Shown here: piece after piece, positions 9,801 to 17,796 of the stretch | Layout of the letters: each line of letters begins with the position of its first letter | Numbering within the stretch: the stretch's first letter is position 1 | Origin: Acidobacteriaceae bacterium | GTDB taxonomy: Bacteria; Acidobacteriota; Terriglobia; Terriglobales; Acidobacteriaceae | DNA length: 64,000 nucleotides | Assembly: GCA_003132445.1 (NCBI GenBank) | Contig: PKXU01000152.1 | Coordinates: 32,667-96,666, forward strand | Direction: 5' to 3' | Notes under the pieces: generated by a model | What the model saw: the letters and a program-made list of their open reading frames with translations, nothing else | The model's database searches: none | Told to the model about the DNA's origin: nothing | Translations under genes and position numbers: made by a program

Positions 9801-9865
9801 CCGTTTCGATCCGATCTTTTTCGATCCGATCTTTTTCGAACCGATCTTTTTCTATCCGATCGTTC
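9801..9865. repeat. 15-nt tandem repeat x4 (CCGATCTTTTTCGAT), GATC-rich
   Basis: Units lie at 9811-9825, 9826-9840 and 9841-9855 with partial units at both ends. The array is 30-95 nt upstream of the lipoprotein start at 9770. Confidence 0.85.
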
Positions 9866-10026
9866 CGCCAATCGGAATGCAAAAATTGTAGCAGAGAAGA
9901 TTTCTTCCGGCGCACCCGCCAGTACCTGGTCTGCGGGCTTGGAACCATCTCCGCCATCCGCCGGAGGCAGTCATCTTCTCGTTTAGAACGCCGCGCCAAA
10001 CGAGGCTTGCAGGAAAATCTTCGTCA

Positions 10027-10166
10027 GACTCCAGACCTCGGACTTCGGACTTCGAATCTCTGACTTCTGACTTCTGACTTCGGACCCTCGGACCTCTGGC
10101 GTTTGGGTCTGAAGTCCGGGGTTCGGGGTCCGGGGTCTTGAAGTCCAAGGTCCGAGGTCTGAAGTC
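10027..10166. repeat. Heptad-arm hairpin element, GACTTCG/GACTTCT type
   Basis: The left arm is period-7 units and the right arm is the complementary GAAGTCC/GGGGTCC units. The outer 27 nt pair 24/27 by hand. The element ends 10 nt before the stop codon at 10177. Confidence 0.85.
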
Positions 10167-10176
10167 TGCTTCTTCT

Positions 10177-11157
10177 TTACTTGCGCTCTTCCTTGGGCGC
10201 GCTTTGCTTTTTTGGCGGTGCGCTGGGCTTCGACAAATTTTTCGGCGCAGTCTCGTGGGACTGAGGGCGAGACTCGTTGGGACGATTGGCACTTTCACGC
10301 GCGTTATTTCCCGCTGCTCCGATTTTTGCGGGCGGCGTAAAAGGACGAAAGCCATCATTGGATCTGGGCCGGTTTGCCGCCGGTGAAGCCACCCGAGCCT
10401 CTCGGGGCGACATTGCGGGCGCATGATATTCGCCGCCCGCGGAGCGCGCGGGAACTGCGGAACGACTGCTGAAATCACCAGGCCTGGCGGTGGCTGCGAT
10501 GGCGGGCCGTCCGTGATTTTCAGAGGCGAAGTTGGTGCGATTCTGGCTGGCGATCCGCTCGTGCTGTAGCTGCTCTGCCAGCGGAGCGACATGGCGCTCA
10601 TGCGCGGCCGCTTCTTCCTGGGGAGTGGGACGCGCATCAATGCCGCCCGCGCCACCGTTATAGCTGACGACTCTGGTGTTGAGCACGACGGTTCGGTTGT
10701 AAACGTGAGTGACGTCTGTCACGCTCACGTTGGTGACGTAGCGGTTGTAGTAGAACGCTCCGCCGCGCCACTCACCGCCAACAAATCCCACCCCGGTATA
10801 GCCGAATCCGTAGTTGATTCCGCCATAGAAGCCGATGTGCGGTCCCCAGTATCCTGGATGCCACGCGTAGGAACCTCCACCCCAACCCCAATATCCGGGT
10901 GTCCAGAGCATGCCGACCGGGGCCACAACCCAGGTGCCGGGCACCCAGTAATAACCATCGTCATCACTCCAAGCCCAATAACCGGGAGTCCAGAAGTAAC
11001 CTGGGCCGGGACAGATGGGTTGCGCATAAACCGGTAACGGAGGTGGCCCGATGCGGACTGAGATACCCACTGCGATCTGCGAAAATGACGCCGAGGAGAA
11101 AGATAAAACAATGATTGCCAATAATAGCCAGCGCACGGCCACCCGACTCCTGATCAT
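10177..11157 (-). CDS. YXWGXW repeat-containing secreted protein
   Basis: Signal peptide MIRSRVAVRWLLLAIIVLSFSSASFS. Repeats WTPGYWAW, YYWVPGTW, WTPGYWGW and WHPGYWGP. Low-complexity basic C-terminal half. Confidence 0.8.
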   Translation of the reverse strand: MIRSRVAVRWLLLAIIVLSFSSASFSQIAVGISVRIGPPPLPVYAQPICPGPGYFWTPGYWAWSDDDGYYWVPGTWVVAPVGMLWTPGYWGWGGGSYAWHPGYWGPHIGFYGGINYGFGYTGVGFVGGEWRGGAFYYNRYVTNVSVTDVTHVYNRTVVLNTRVVSYNGGAGGIDARPTPQEEAAAHERHVAPLAEQLQHERIASQNRTNFASENHGRPAIAATARPGDFSSRSAVPARSAGGEYHAPAMSPREARVASPAANRPRSNDGFRPFTPPAKIGAAGNNARESANRPNESRPQSHETAPKNLSKPSAPPKKQSAPKEERK

Positions 11158-11358
11158 TACCCCGCTCCCCCTGAATTCATCAGACATATTTCATCAGACA
11201 TGCAAAACGGAGCGGAAGCGAGCTCCACGCATGCCCTGATTACAGTTCAACCCTGTAAACCCTAAACCTGGAAGTATGTTGCTCGGGGAGGAAATTATTT
11301 GGGATGAAGGTTTTTGGCACGCTAAATGCCGCGATTGATGCTAATGAAGTACGCAGGG

Positions 11359-11793
11359 CTAATTGATTTTCTTGCCGCGGGCGATGCGTTCGTCGATGGG
11401 CTTGCGGCCGGCAAAACCTTCCTGGGTTCCGTGCCAGTGGGTAATGGATTTCTCACCCAGCTTCCAACACAGCAGAATAATCTGGCCTTCGAGTTCGCAG
11501 GGAAAATCGAGCAGGCCGATGTCGATATCTTTCACTTGGACGCCGATGGAGTCGATTTCCGCCAGCGCATCTTTGGCGCGCTGCTCTGCCTTCGATCGCT
11601 CCGCTTTGCGCCGGGCGAGGGGAACGACGTTGAGAAACATTCCGCCATTTAGAAAAATCCGGTGCGCGAGCGCCTGCTGCTCGGCCTCAACTTCTTCCAT
11701 AAGCTTCTTGGCCGCGATGGCGCTGCGCAAGAGCGACTCCAAAACGGGTAATAGAGATTGCGCTTCGGCGAGAGTAAAAGTACGGGCGGACAT
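11359..11793 (-). CDS. DUF2203-like protein
   Basis: MSARTFTLAEAQSLLPVLESLL...FPCELEGQIILLCWKLGEKSITHWH matches my memory of DUF2203. The start at 11793 was chosen over the track start 11853. Confidence 0.6.
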   Translation of the reverse strand: MSARTFTLAEAQSLLPVLESLLRSAIAAKKLMEEVEAEQQALAHRIFLNGGMFLNVVPLARRKAERSKAEQRAKDALAEIDSIGVQVKDIDIGLLDFPCELEGQIILLCWKLGEKSITHWHGTQEGFAGRKPIDERIARGKKIN

Positions 11794-11889
11794 GGAATAA
11801 CTTATTTTAGCGTACTCCTCGTGAATCGTCGTTGGTCGTTGGTCGTTAGCCAACGAATCGTTGGCATTTGCGTGCTCTTCGTCTGCTGA

Positions 11890-12705
11890 TCAGCGGGTTC
11901 TGCCGTGCGAGGGATCGCCTGAGTTCGCGGTGTTGAGGTCGACATAGAGCGGCGGACTTATGCCGGGCACATCGCAGTTTCCGTCGGGGCTGTAGTTGGT
12001 GCAGCGCCCAGCCACATCCTTGCGTTGCGGGGATTGCGCGAACTGCCAGACTTCGGCCATCTGCACTCCGCTTTGCTCCGGGTTGGACGGATGCTGTGAA
12101 AATTCGCATCCGGGAGCGGGCGGACAGGCGTCATTGATGGCCCAGTAAACAATGGAGCGCGTCCCGGCGCTCTGGCGTATGTCTTCGGCGGTAACGACGT
12201 TGCCGTCGTCGGCCGCAGGAATGCCGGAACAATAAATTCCTGCGCGAAATCCGGCGGCGGTAATGCCGTCAACCCAGGCATAGATGTAAGCTTTTTGCTC
12301 GGGCAGCATGCGGCCGCCCTGTTCCTGATCCAGAAAAATAATGGTCTTTGCGGGGAATCCTTCGCGATGCGCAGCCGATGCAGCCGCTTGCGCATCCGAT
12401 TGCCCTAATCTGGTGGCCCTCGCCACGGTCTTGAGTTGGGCGTCAAGGCGTCCATTGAAGAGCACGAGGAATCCGAATCCCGCAGATTCGACTGCGGCGC
12501 GGCGGCCGGCCCAGGTATTTGTTTTTTCGCCTGGTGGATTGTTCAGCCAGTAGCCGGCATAGGCGAACGTCTGATGAAGTGTTTTGAGATTGGCGTCACC
12601 GGGGTAATTGTTGCGGTCGAAGCCGAGGTAGGTGGAGGTCTGCGCTAGCAACGATGCGGGAAGCAGGCAGAACGCAAAGGCGGTAATGAAGCGGGAGAAT
12701 CTCAC
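11890..12705 (-). CDS. Secreted glycoside-hydrolase-like DUF1906 domain protein
   Basis: Signal peptide, then TYLGFDRNNYPGDANLKTL...YAGYWLN..., typical of Rv2525c-like DUF1906 proteins. Confidence 0.6.
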   Translation of the reverse strand: MRFSRFITAFAFCLLPASLLAQTSTYLGFDRNNYPGDANLKTLHQTFAYAGYWLNNPPGEKTNTWAGRRAAVESAGFGFLVLFNGRLDAQLKTVARATRLGQSDAQAAASAAHREGFPAKTIIFLDQEQGGRMLPEQKAYIYAWVDGITAAGFRAGIYCSGIPAADDGNVVTAEDIRQSAGTRSIVYWAINDACPPAPGCEFSQHPSNPEQSGVQMAEVWQFAQSPQRKDVAGRCTNYSPDGNCDVPGISPPLYVDLNTANSGDPSHGRTR

Positions 12706-12732
12706 TCTCTGATCTTAAACGAGCGAACCTCC

Positions 12733-12800
12733 AGCGGCTAAAGCCGCCTTTTCAAGTGCGTCCTGATCGGCACGAGTGGAACTCGTGCCCTTCCCGGTCT
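12733..12800. repeat. REP-like bipartite element, family R3
   Basis: AGCGGCTAAAGCCGC palindrome, a 21-nt spacer, then hairpin GGCACGAGTGGAACTCGTGCC. Same architecture as 13783-13848 and 63397-63460. Confidence 0.75.
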
Positions 12801-12993
12801 TGCCCAAAGCATCGGCGCCGGTGGTTTCTGAGTATCGATGCGGGTGGTTTGTGGAAGGCCTGCCACATCGTGACGGCACCTTTATCCGCGGATGTGCACC
12901 ATGGTTCGCGATGCTGGCATGCCATTCACGGTTAAATGTTTCGAAATTTCCTATTCTCGGTGAACTCCGCGCTCTCAGCGGTGAAATGCTTTT

Positions 12994-13028
12994 GCTGAGG
13001 GCTGAAGGCTGACGGCCGAAAGCTGAAA
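12994..13028. repeat. Heptanucleotide tandem repeat (GCTGAGG-like x5)
   Basis: GCTGAGG GCTGAAG GCTGACG GCCGAAA GCTGAAA, ending directly at the moaA stop codon (13030-13032). Confidence 0.75.
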
Positions 13029-13029
13029 G

Positions 13030-14160
13030 CTATCCTCCGATGTGCACCATGGTTCGCGACGCCGGCACGAAGTCCGGCTCGCCGATGTGGTGACGCGCTT
13101 CTTTTTTCTGGACGACGCCGCGAATGAATTCCGCCAATTCTTCGTCGCTCGCGCCGCGGCGCATTTGGGCGTGCAGGTCGTGATCCCAGACGGAAAACAG
13201 GCAGGTGCGAATCTTGCCATCGCTGGTGATGCGAATGCGGCTGCAGTGTCCGCAGAAGGGATGCGAGACGGGAGCGATGATGCCGATCTCGCCAATGCCA
13301 TCTTCAAAGCGGTAGCGTCTTGCGGTTTCCGAACGGGCGTGCGGGATTTCGACGAGCGGCCGGTATTCGGCCATGCGCGCGAGAATTTCATCGAGCGTGA
13401 CCACGGTATTCGGCGCCCAAGTTCTTCCCTCTTCGAGCGGCATAAATTCGATGAAGCGCACGGTGACGCCTTCCTCGCGCGCGAACATACCGAAGGGAAT
13501 GATCTGATCCTCGTTGAATCCGCGCATGAGCACGCAGTTCACTTTTAACGGCCACAGGCCGACGCGACGCGCGGCGCGAATGCCGGCCAATACGTGATCG
13601 TAGCCGTTGGGGACGCGGGTGATGCGCGCGAAGCGGTCTGGGTCGACCGCGTCCATGGAGACCGTCACTCGGGTGAGACCCGCGTCCTTCAACGGCTGGG
13701 CCAGCTCGGCCAGCATGTGCCCGTTGGTGGTGAGCGCGATATCGAGGGGCTCGTTGTTCTCGAAAGCGCGGCCGCGGGCCGCAGCGGCTAAAGCCGGACC
13801 TGCCCCGCCGGCACTTCCGGCATCGCTGAAGCGATGCCCTGATACGAACCGTGAGTCTTCGGATACGAACTGTGAGTCTTTCGGGGAACTGCCGGGGGCT
13901 TGCGGTTTCAGTTTCGCGAGTTCGCGCACGAACTCGACCACGCCCTTGCGCAACAGCGGCTCCCCGCCCGTGAGGCGCACTTTCGTGATTCCCATGCCCA
14001 CCAGCACACGCGCCATCCGCAGATAATCTTCGAAAGGCAGATCGCCATACAACGCGCCTTCGTTTCCGGTGCGGCAGTAGACACACTTGTAATTGCAGCG
14101 GTCAGTGATGGAGATCCGCAGGTCGGTGATGGCGCGGCCGAATTTGTCGTGGAGGGGCAA
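13030..14160 (-). CDS. moaA: GTP 3',8-cyclase MoaA (radical SAM) carrying an in-frame insertion of about 45 aa
   Basis: ISITDRCNYKCVYCR is the CxxxCxxC radical-SAM motif. VRLTGGEPLL, ALTTNG and the C-terminal CGHCSRIRITSDGKIRTCLF are also present. TTG start at 14160 with no clear SD. Confidence 0.9.
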   Translation of the reverse strand: MPLHDKFGRAITDLRISITDRCNYKCVYCRTGNEGALYGDLPFEDYLRMARVLVGMGITKVRLTGGEPLLRKGVVEFVRELAKLKPQAPGSSPKDSQFVSEDSRFVSGHRFSDAGSAGGAGPALAAAARGRAFENNEPLDIALTTNGHMLAELAQPLKDAGLTRVTVSMDAVDPDRFARITRVPNGYDHVLAGIRAARRVGLWPLKVNCVLMRGFNEDQIIPFGMFAREEGVTVRFIEFMPLEEGRTWAPNTVVTLDEILARMAEYRPLVEIPHARSETARRYRFEDGIGEIGIIAPVSHPFCGHCSRIRITSDGKIRTCLFSVWDHDLHAQMRRGASDEELAEFIRGVVQKKEARHHIGEPDFVPASRTMVHIGG

Positions 14161-14162
14161 GG

Positions 14163-14263
14163 GTCGTCGTTAGTCGTTAGTCGTTCGTCGTTCGTCGTTG
14201 GTCGTCAATCGTTGGTCTTGCTCGTTGCAAATTGGCAGCGACCATTGACCATCGACTAACGAC
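14163..14263. repeat. Heptad-arm hairpin element, GTCGTTA/GTCGTTC type
   Basis: Period-7 left arm starting 3 nt upstream of the moaA start. The right arm CAGCGACCATTGACCATCGACTAACGAC is partially complementary. Confidence 0.7.
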
Positions 14264-14378
14264 TTGATTGTTGAAAGAAAACAAACAGGCGGGAACCTCC
14301 CGGCGGCTGTCTCCTTTCCAATGCGTTCTTTCAGAACGCGGGAGGTGCCGGCGTTTCCACCGTCACCTTCGGGAAAGT

Positions 14379-14402
14379 GTGGCGCGGGCGCCCTCGCCCG
14401 CG
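14379..14402. repeat. REP-like GC hairpin, family R2
   Basis: GTGGCGCGGGCGCCCTCGCCCGCG. Confidence 0.75.
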
Positions 14403-14500
14403 TTCTTTCCCTCGCCGCCACGGCCTGGGTATATCCGAAGACCAAGGCGGTCGGAAACTGACTCTCAACATTATAGGACGTGCGGGGAGAAAACGAGGAT

Positions 14501-15307
14501 TCAAGGCTTCGGGCTTGCCAGCGCTTTCTCGATCGCGGCGTCAGCCATCGGGGCCATAATTTTGAATCCCGCCGCGTTCGGGTGCAGCCCATCGTCGGCG
14601 AGATCTTTCTTCATGAGTCCCTTGTCGTCGACCAGGGCGCTGAAATAATCGAGATAGACGCAGCTGTTCGATGCAGTCGCGCAGTAATTCTGTAACCAGC
14701 GATTGAGGGCGAGAATTTTTTCCGGCGATCGCTGCGCGAAAAAGTCCTTCGATCGTTCGGTATAGTTATGCACCGGAAGAACTGAACAGTAAATTACTTT
14801 GATGTTGTTGGCGCGCGCCAGCTCCGCGAGAGAGGCGTAATCGGCTTCAATATCTTCCAACCGCATGGGACCGGTATTGCCGGCAATGTCGTTGGTGCCG
14901 GCGAGAATGATGACGATTTTCGGCTGCAGATCGATCACGTCCTGACGAAACCGCACCAGCATCTGCGGCGTGGTCTGGCCGCCGATGCCGCGGTTAATGT
15001 AAGGCTTGCCGGGAAAATATTCATCGAGGTGCCAGATGTCGGTGATGGAATCGCCGAAAAAGACAACGCGATTCTCGCCCGGCGCGGCTGGTTTCAGCGC
15101 GGCATCGGCGTCGCGGTAACGCGCCAATTGCCCGAAGTCATCGGTAAAGACAGCTATGCGCCTTGCCCGATACTGATCGAGGCCGGCAAATCCGGTGGAG
15201 GGAATGGTGGGCGGCGCCGCCGGCTGCTGTGCTAGAAGCGTTAGAGAGAGAAGAAGGAAAATACCGGTCTTTGCAATGCCGAACTTTGCAGCGCTACTAG
15301 ATAACAT
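14501..15307 (-). CDS. SGNH/GDSL-family hydrolase (secreted)
   Basis: Signal peptide. Block I FFGDSITD, block III GTNDIAGN and block V DDGLHPN. Confidence 0.85.
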   Translation of the reverse strand: MLSSSAAKFGIAKTGIFLLLSLTLLAQQPAAPPTIPSTGFAGLDQYRARRIAVFTDDFGQLARYRDADAALKPAAPGENRVVFFGDSITDIWHLDEYFPGKPYINRGIGGQTTPQMLVRFRQDVIDLQPKIVIILAGTNDIAGNTGPMRLEDIEADYASLAELARANNIKVIYCSVLPVHNYTERSKDFFAQRSPEKILALNRWLQNYCATASNSCVYLDYFSALVDDKGLMKKDLADDGLHPNAAGFKIMAPMADAAIEKALASPKP

Positions 15308-15516
15308 GGATTCCTCTTTTGCTGGTTCTTCGTTGGGATTCGGGGTAAGTTCGACCGCGGAGGGATTGTTTGGCCCAAATATGTCCCATCGCGCAAAATG
15401 CTATCACGGCGGCCAGTCTCAACCGATGGTCGACTCCGGAGCCGATGATTTCCAGCTTGATCTGTAGAAGCCGCGTGAATCGGTGGCCGGCACTTTGCGC
15501 CTCGCTTCGCTCGGCT

Positions 15517-15538
15517 GGACGGGCAAAGGCGCCCGTCC
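15517..15538. repeat. REP-like hairpin
   Basis: GGACGGGCAAAGGCGCCCGTCC, preceded by GCCTCGCTTCGCTCGGC, in the SGNH / ETF-QO intergenic region. Confidence 0.6.
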
Positions 15539-15588
15539 CAACACAGGCATCACACTCGGCACAAGCATCTCTACACAAGTATCTCAGT

Positions 15589-17319
15589 TTACATGCCGTC
15601 GTAATTTGGGCCGCCGCCGCCTTCCGGTGGCACCCAGGTAATGATCTGATACGGGTCGGCGATGTCGCAGGTTTTGCAGTGGACGCAGTTCGAGGGGTTC
15701 AGGCTGATGCGCTTGCCGTTCGGCTGGCTTGCGTCGTCGACCATTTCGTAGACGTTCGCGGGACAGAAATTCTGGCAGGGGCTGCCGAATTCTTTCACAC
15801 AGCGCGTATTGCAGACGTCCGTGTCGTGAATCACCAGATGCGAAGGCTGGTCTTCCTCGTGCTTGGTGCCGGAGTGGTAGAGGTCAGTAAGTTTGTCAAA
15901 GGTAAGCTTGCCGTCGCCTTTGGCGGGACCGAGCAGGTGCGCTTCGGCGCCTCCATCGGCAGGAAGATCGGCGAGTTTGCGCATGTGTTCGTAGCCGGCT
16001 TTTGCGGGATAGCGGTTGCGCAGGCCGCGTCCGCCGGTGATCATTTGCAGGCCGGTGTGGAACATACCCGCATACATTCCGTGTTCAAAACCCTGATGCA
16101 GGTTGCGCACCTTCCACAATTCTTCTTTGATCCAGCTCGACTCGACTTTTTTCTGGAACGCGCTCAGGGTCGCAGCGGATGGGTCATTCTTTATCAGCGC
16201 ATCGAAGGCAGTCTCAGCGGCGAGCATCCCGCTCTTGATGGCGAGATGAATTCCCTTGAGCCGCGCTGAATTCAGGAAGCCAGCAGAATCGCCGAGGATC
16301 ATCCAGCCGTCGCCCGCAACCGGCGGAATCGCCCACCAGCCGCCGTAAGGCATCGACTTCGCGCCGTAGCGAATCATCTTTCCGCCTTCGAGCAGCTTCG
16401 CCACAAACGGATGCCGCTTGAATTGCTGCAGCACGCGCTGCGGATCAAGCCGCGGATCGGCGTAGTCGAGTCCCGTAACGAAGCCGAGCGAAACGATATT
16501 ATCTTTTGGCCCGGTACCGGGCGATCCGTAAATCCAGGCGCCGCCGTATTCTTTCGTGGTGAGCGGCCAACCCATGGTGTAAATTACCTCGCCAGCGGCG
16601 ATGCGGCCGGCGGGAACTTCCCAGAGTTCTTTTATTCCGACGCCGTAGGTTTGCGGGTTAGCATTTTTAGCCAGATCGAATTTCGAGACGAGTTGCTTGG
16701 TTAACGACCCACGCGGGCCTTCGGCCAGAATGACGACTTTCGCCTGCAAGTCGTACCCAGGTTCGAAGTTGGATTTCGGCTGACCTTCTTTGTCGATGCC
16801 TTTATCATCGGTACGGACACCGCTGACCCGGTCGCCCTCGTAGAGAAGTTCCGATCCGGCGAATCCGGTGAAGATCGTGATGCCGGTTTCCTCGACCTTG
16901 CTGCCCAGCCATTTCACGAAGCGGTTCAGCGAGATTACATAATTGCCATGATCGCGCAGGAACGGCGGCGTAATCGGCAATTTGAACTTGCTCTTCTCGG
17001 TAAAGAAGTAAACAGCTTCTTTCGTGACCTCGGCATCGAGCGGCGCTTCCTTTTCAAATCCAGGAAGCAGTTCGCGCATAGACCGCGGATCGAGCAATGC
17101 GCCCGATAGACAGTGCTGTCCGATCTCTCGCGCCTTTTCGAGGACGTAAATATTTTCTTTGCTGAGCCGCGCGTCGGGATGCGCAGCGTTGTGAGCGTCG
17201 ATCAACTGCGCCAGCCGCAGCGCACAAGCCATGCCGGCAGGGCCGCCGCCAACGATGACCACGTCAGCCGGCATCTGCGGCCGTTCGACGCCTTCAATCG
17301 GTTTGCGAAAGACCAACAT
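15589..17319 (-). CDS. Electron-transfer flavoprotein:ubiquinone oxidoreductase (ETF-QO)
   Basis: N-terminal FAD fold DVVIVGGGPAGMACALRL. C-terminal 4Fe-4S motif NCVHCKTCDIADPYQ and ending WVPPEGGGGPNYDGM. Lies downstream of etfBA. Confidence 0.9.
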   Translation of the reverse strand: MLVFRKPIEGVERPQMPADVVIVGGGPAGMACALRLAQLIDAHNAAHPDARLSKENIYVLEKAREIGQHCLSGALLDPRSMRELLPGFEKEAPLDAEVTKEAVYFFTEKSKFKLPITPPFLRDHGNYVISLNRFVKWLGSKVEETGITIFTGFAGSELLYEGDRVSGVRTDDKGIDKEGQPKSNFEPGYDLQAKVVILAEGPRGSLTKQLVSKFDLAKNANPQTYGVGIKELWEVPAGRIAAGEVIYTMGWPLTTKEYGGAWIYGSPGTGPKDNIVSLGFVTGLDYADPRLDPQRVLQQFKRHPFVAKLLEGGKMIRYGAKSMPYGGWWAIPPVAGDGWMILGDSAGFLNSARLKGIHLAIKSGMLAAETAFDALIKNDPSAATLSAFQKKVESSWIKEELWKVRNLHQGFEHGMYAGMFHTGLQMITGGRGLRNRYPAKAGYEHMRKLADLPADGGAEAHLLGPAKGDGKLTFDKLTDLYHSGTKHEEDQPSHLVIHDTDVCNTRCVKEFGSPCQNFCPANVYEMVDDASQPNGKRISLNPSNCVHCKTCDIADPYQIITWVPPEGGGGPNYDGM

Positions 17320-17324
17320 AAGCA

Positions 17325-17354
17325 GTTTCGAGTTTCAGGTTTCCAGTTTCGAGT
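17325..17354. repeat. Heptad repeat arm (left) flanking the four-helix-bundle gene
   Basis: GTTTCGA GTTTCAG GTTTCCA GTTTCGA GT, beginning 6 nt upstream of the ETF-QO ATG (17317-17319). It pairs 26/30 with 17767-17796. Confidence 0.85.
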
Positions 17355-17373
17355 AACGCCAGAAACGGACCCC

Positions 17374-17747
17374 CTATTCGGTCCCGGTCTTAGGGAGGCG
17401 CATCGATCCGATAAGACCATTGAGGAGCTTCTGGAATTCTAACGAGAGCCCTTCCAGCCTGCGAAAGTCGCTATCCTCCAGAAAGTGCAGCTCTAGGGCA
17501 ATCGCCAGTTGTGTTTCAACCTCCAGCAGCGATCCTCTGGCTTGGCCGAGAAAGTGGCAGAACTCGCCTCGAGTCAGCCTGCCTTGACCCTCGGCAATAT
17601 TTGATGCGATCAGACTGCGGCCCGACGAAGTTGCGAGGTCAGTCCGTAGATCTCGATCTTCGGAAACGGCTCGGTAGCACGATATATCTCGACGGCGAAT
17701 GCCTTCGCCTTTTGCCACGCAATCAGATCCTGATATCGATGGCTCAA
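17374..17747 (-). pseudogene. Four-helix-bundle protein (23S rRNA intervening-sequence protein / Avd family), frameshifted
   Basis: From TTG 17747 one frame gives MSHRYQDLIAWQKAKAFAVEIYRATEPFPKIEIYGLTSQLRRAAV, then a stop at 17610-17612. The track ORF 17374..17718 continues in another frame with ...IASNIAEGQGRLTRGEFCHFLGQARGSLLEVETQLAIA.... Together these are the family signature, and a 1-nt indel near 17610-17615 is implied. Confidence 0.65.
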
Positions 17748-17766
17748 TTCGACTCCGAGGGCAAGA

Positions 17767-17796
17767 ACTTGAAACTCGAAACTTGTAACTCGAAAC
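17767..17796. repeat. Heptad repeat arm (right) flanking the four-helix-bundle gene
   Basis: ACTTGAA ACTCGAA ACTTGTA ACTCGAA AC. Its last base overlaps the etfA stop codon (17796-17798). Confidence 0.85.

Noticed and set aside
9801-9865. Possible CRISPR array among the tandem repeats (also 6716-6757, 42554-42595).
   Set aside because: The repeat units are 14-15 nt and directly adjacent, with no unique spacers. No cas genes are present in the window.
14161-14500. Moco riboswitch in the 340-nt moaA leader. GGAAAGGAG and TCCCGCCTG strings occur on the gene strand around 14285-14320.
   Set aside because: The strings occur in the wrong order relative to the Moco motif as I remember it. They lie about 130 nt from the start codon, with a heptad hairpin in between, and I could not find the CCGAGCC element. 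An Rfam RF01055 scan would settle it.
17374-17747. Diversity-generating retroelement, because the four-helix-bundle protein family includes Avd.
   Set aside because: No reverse transcriptase gene, and no template/variable repeat pair, is visible within the window.
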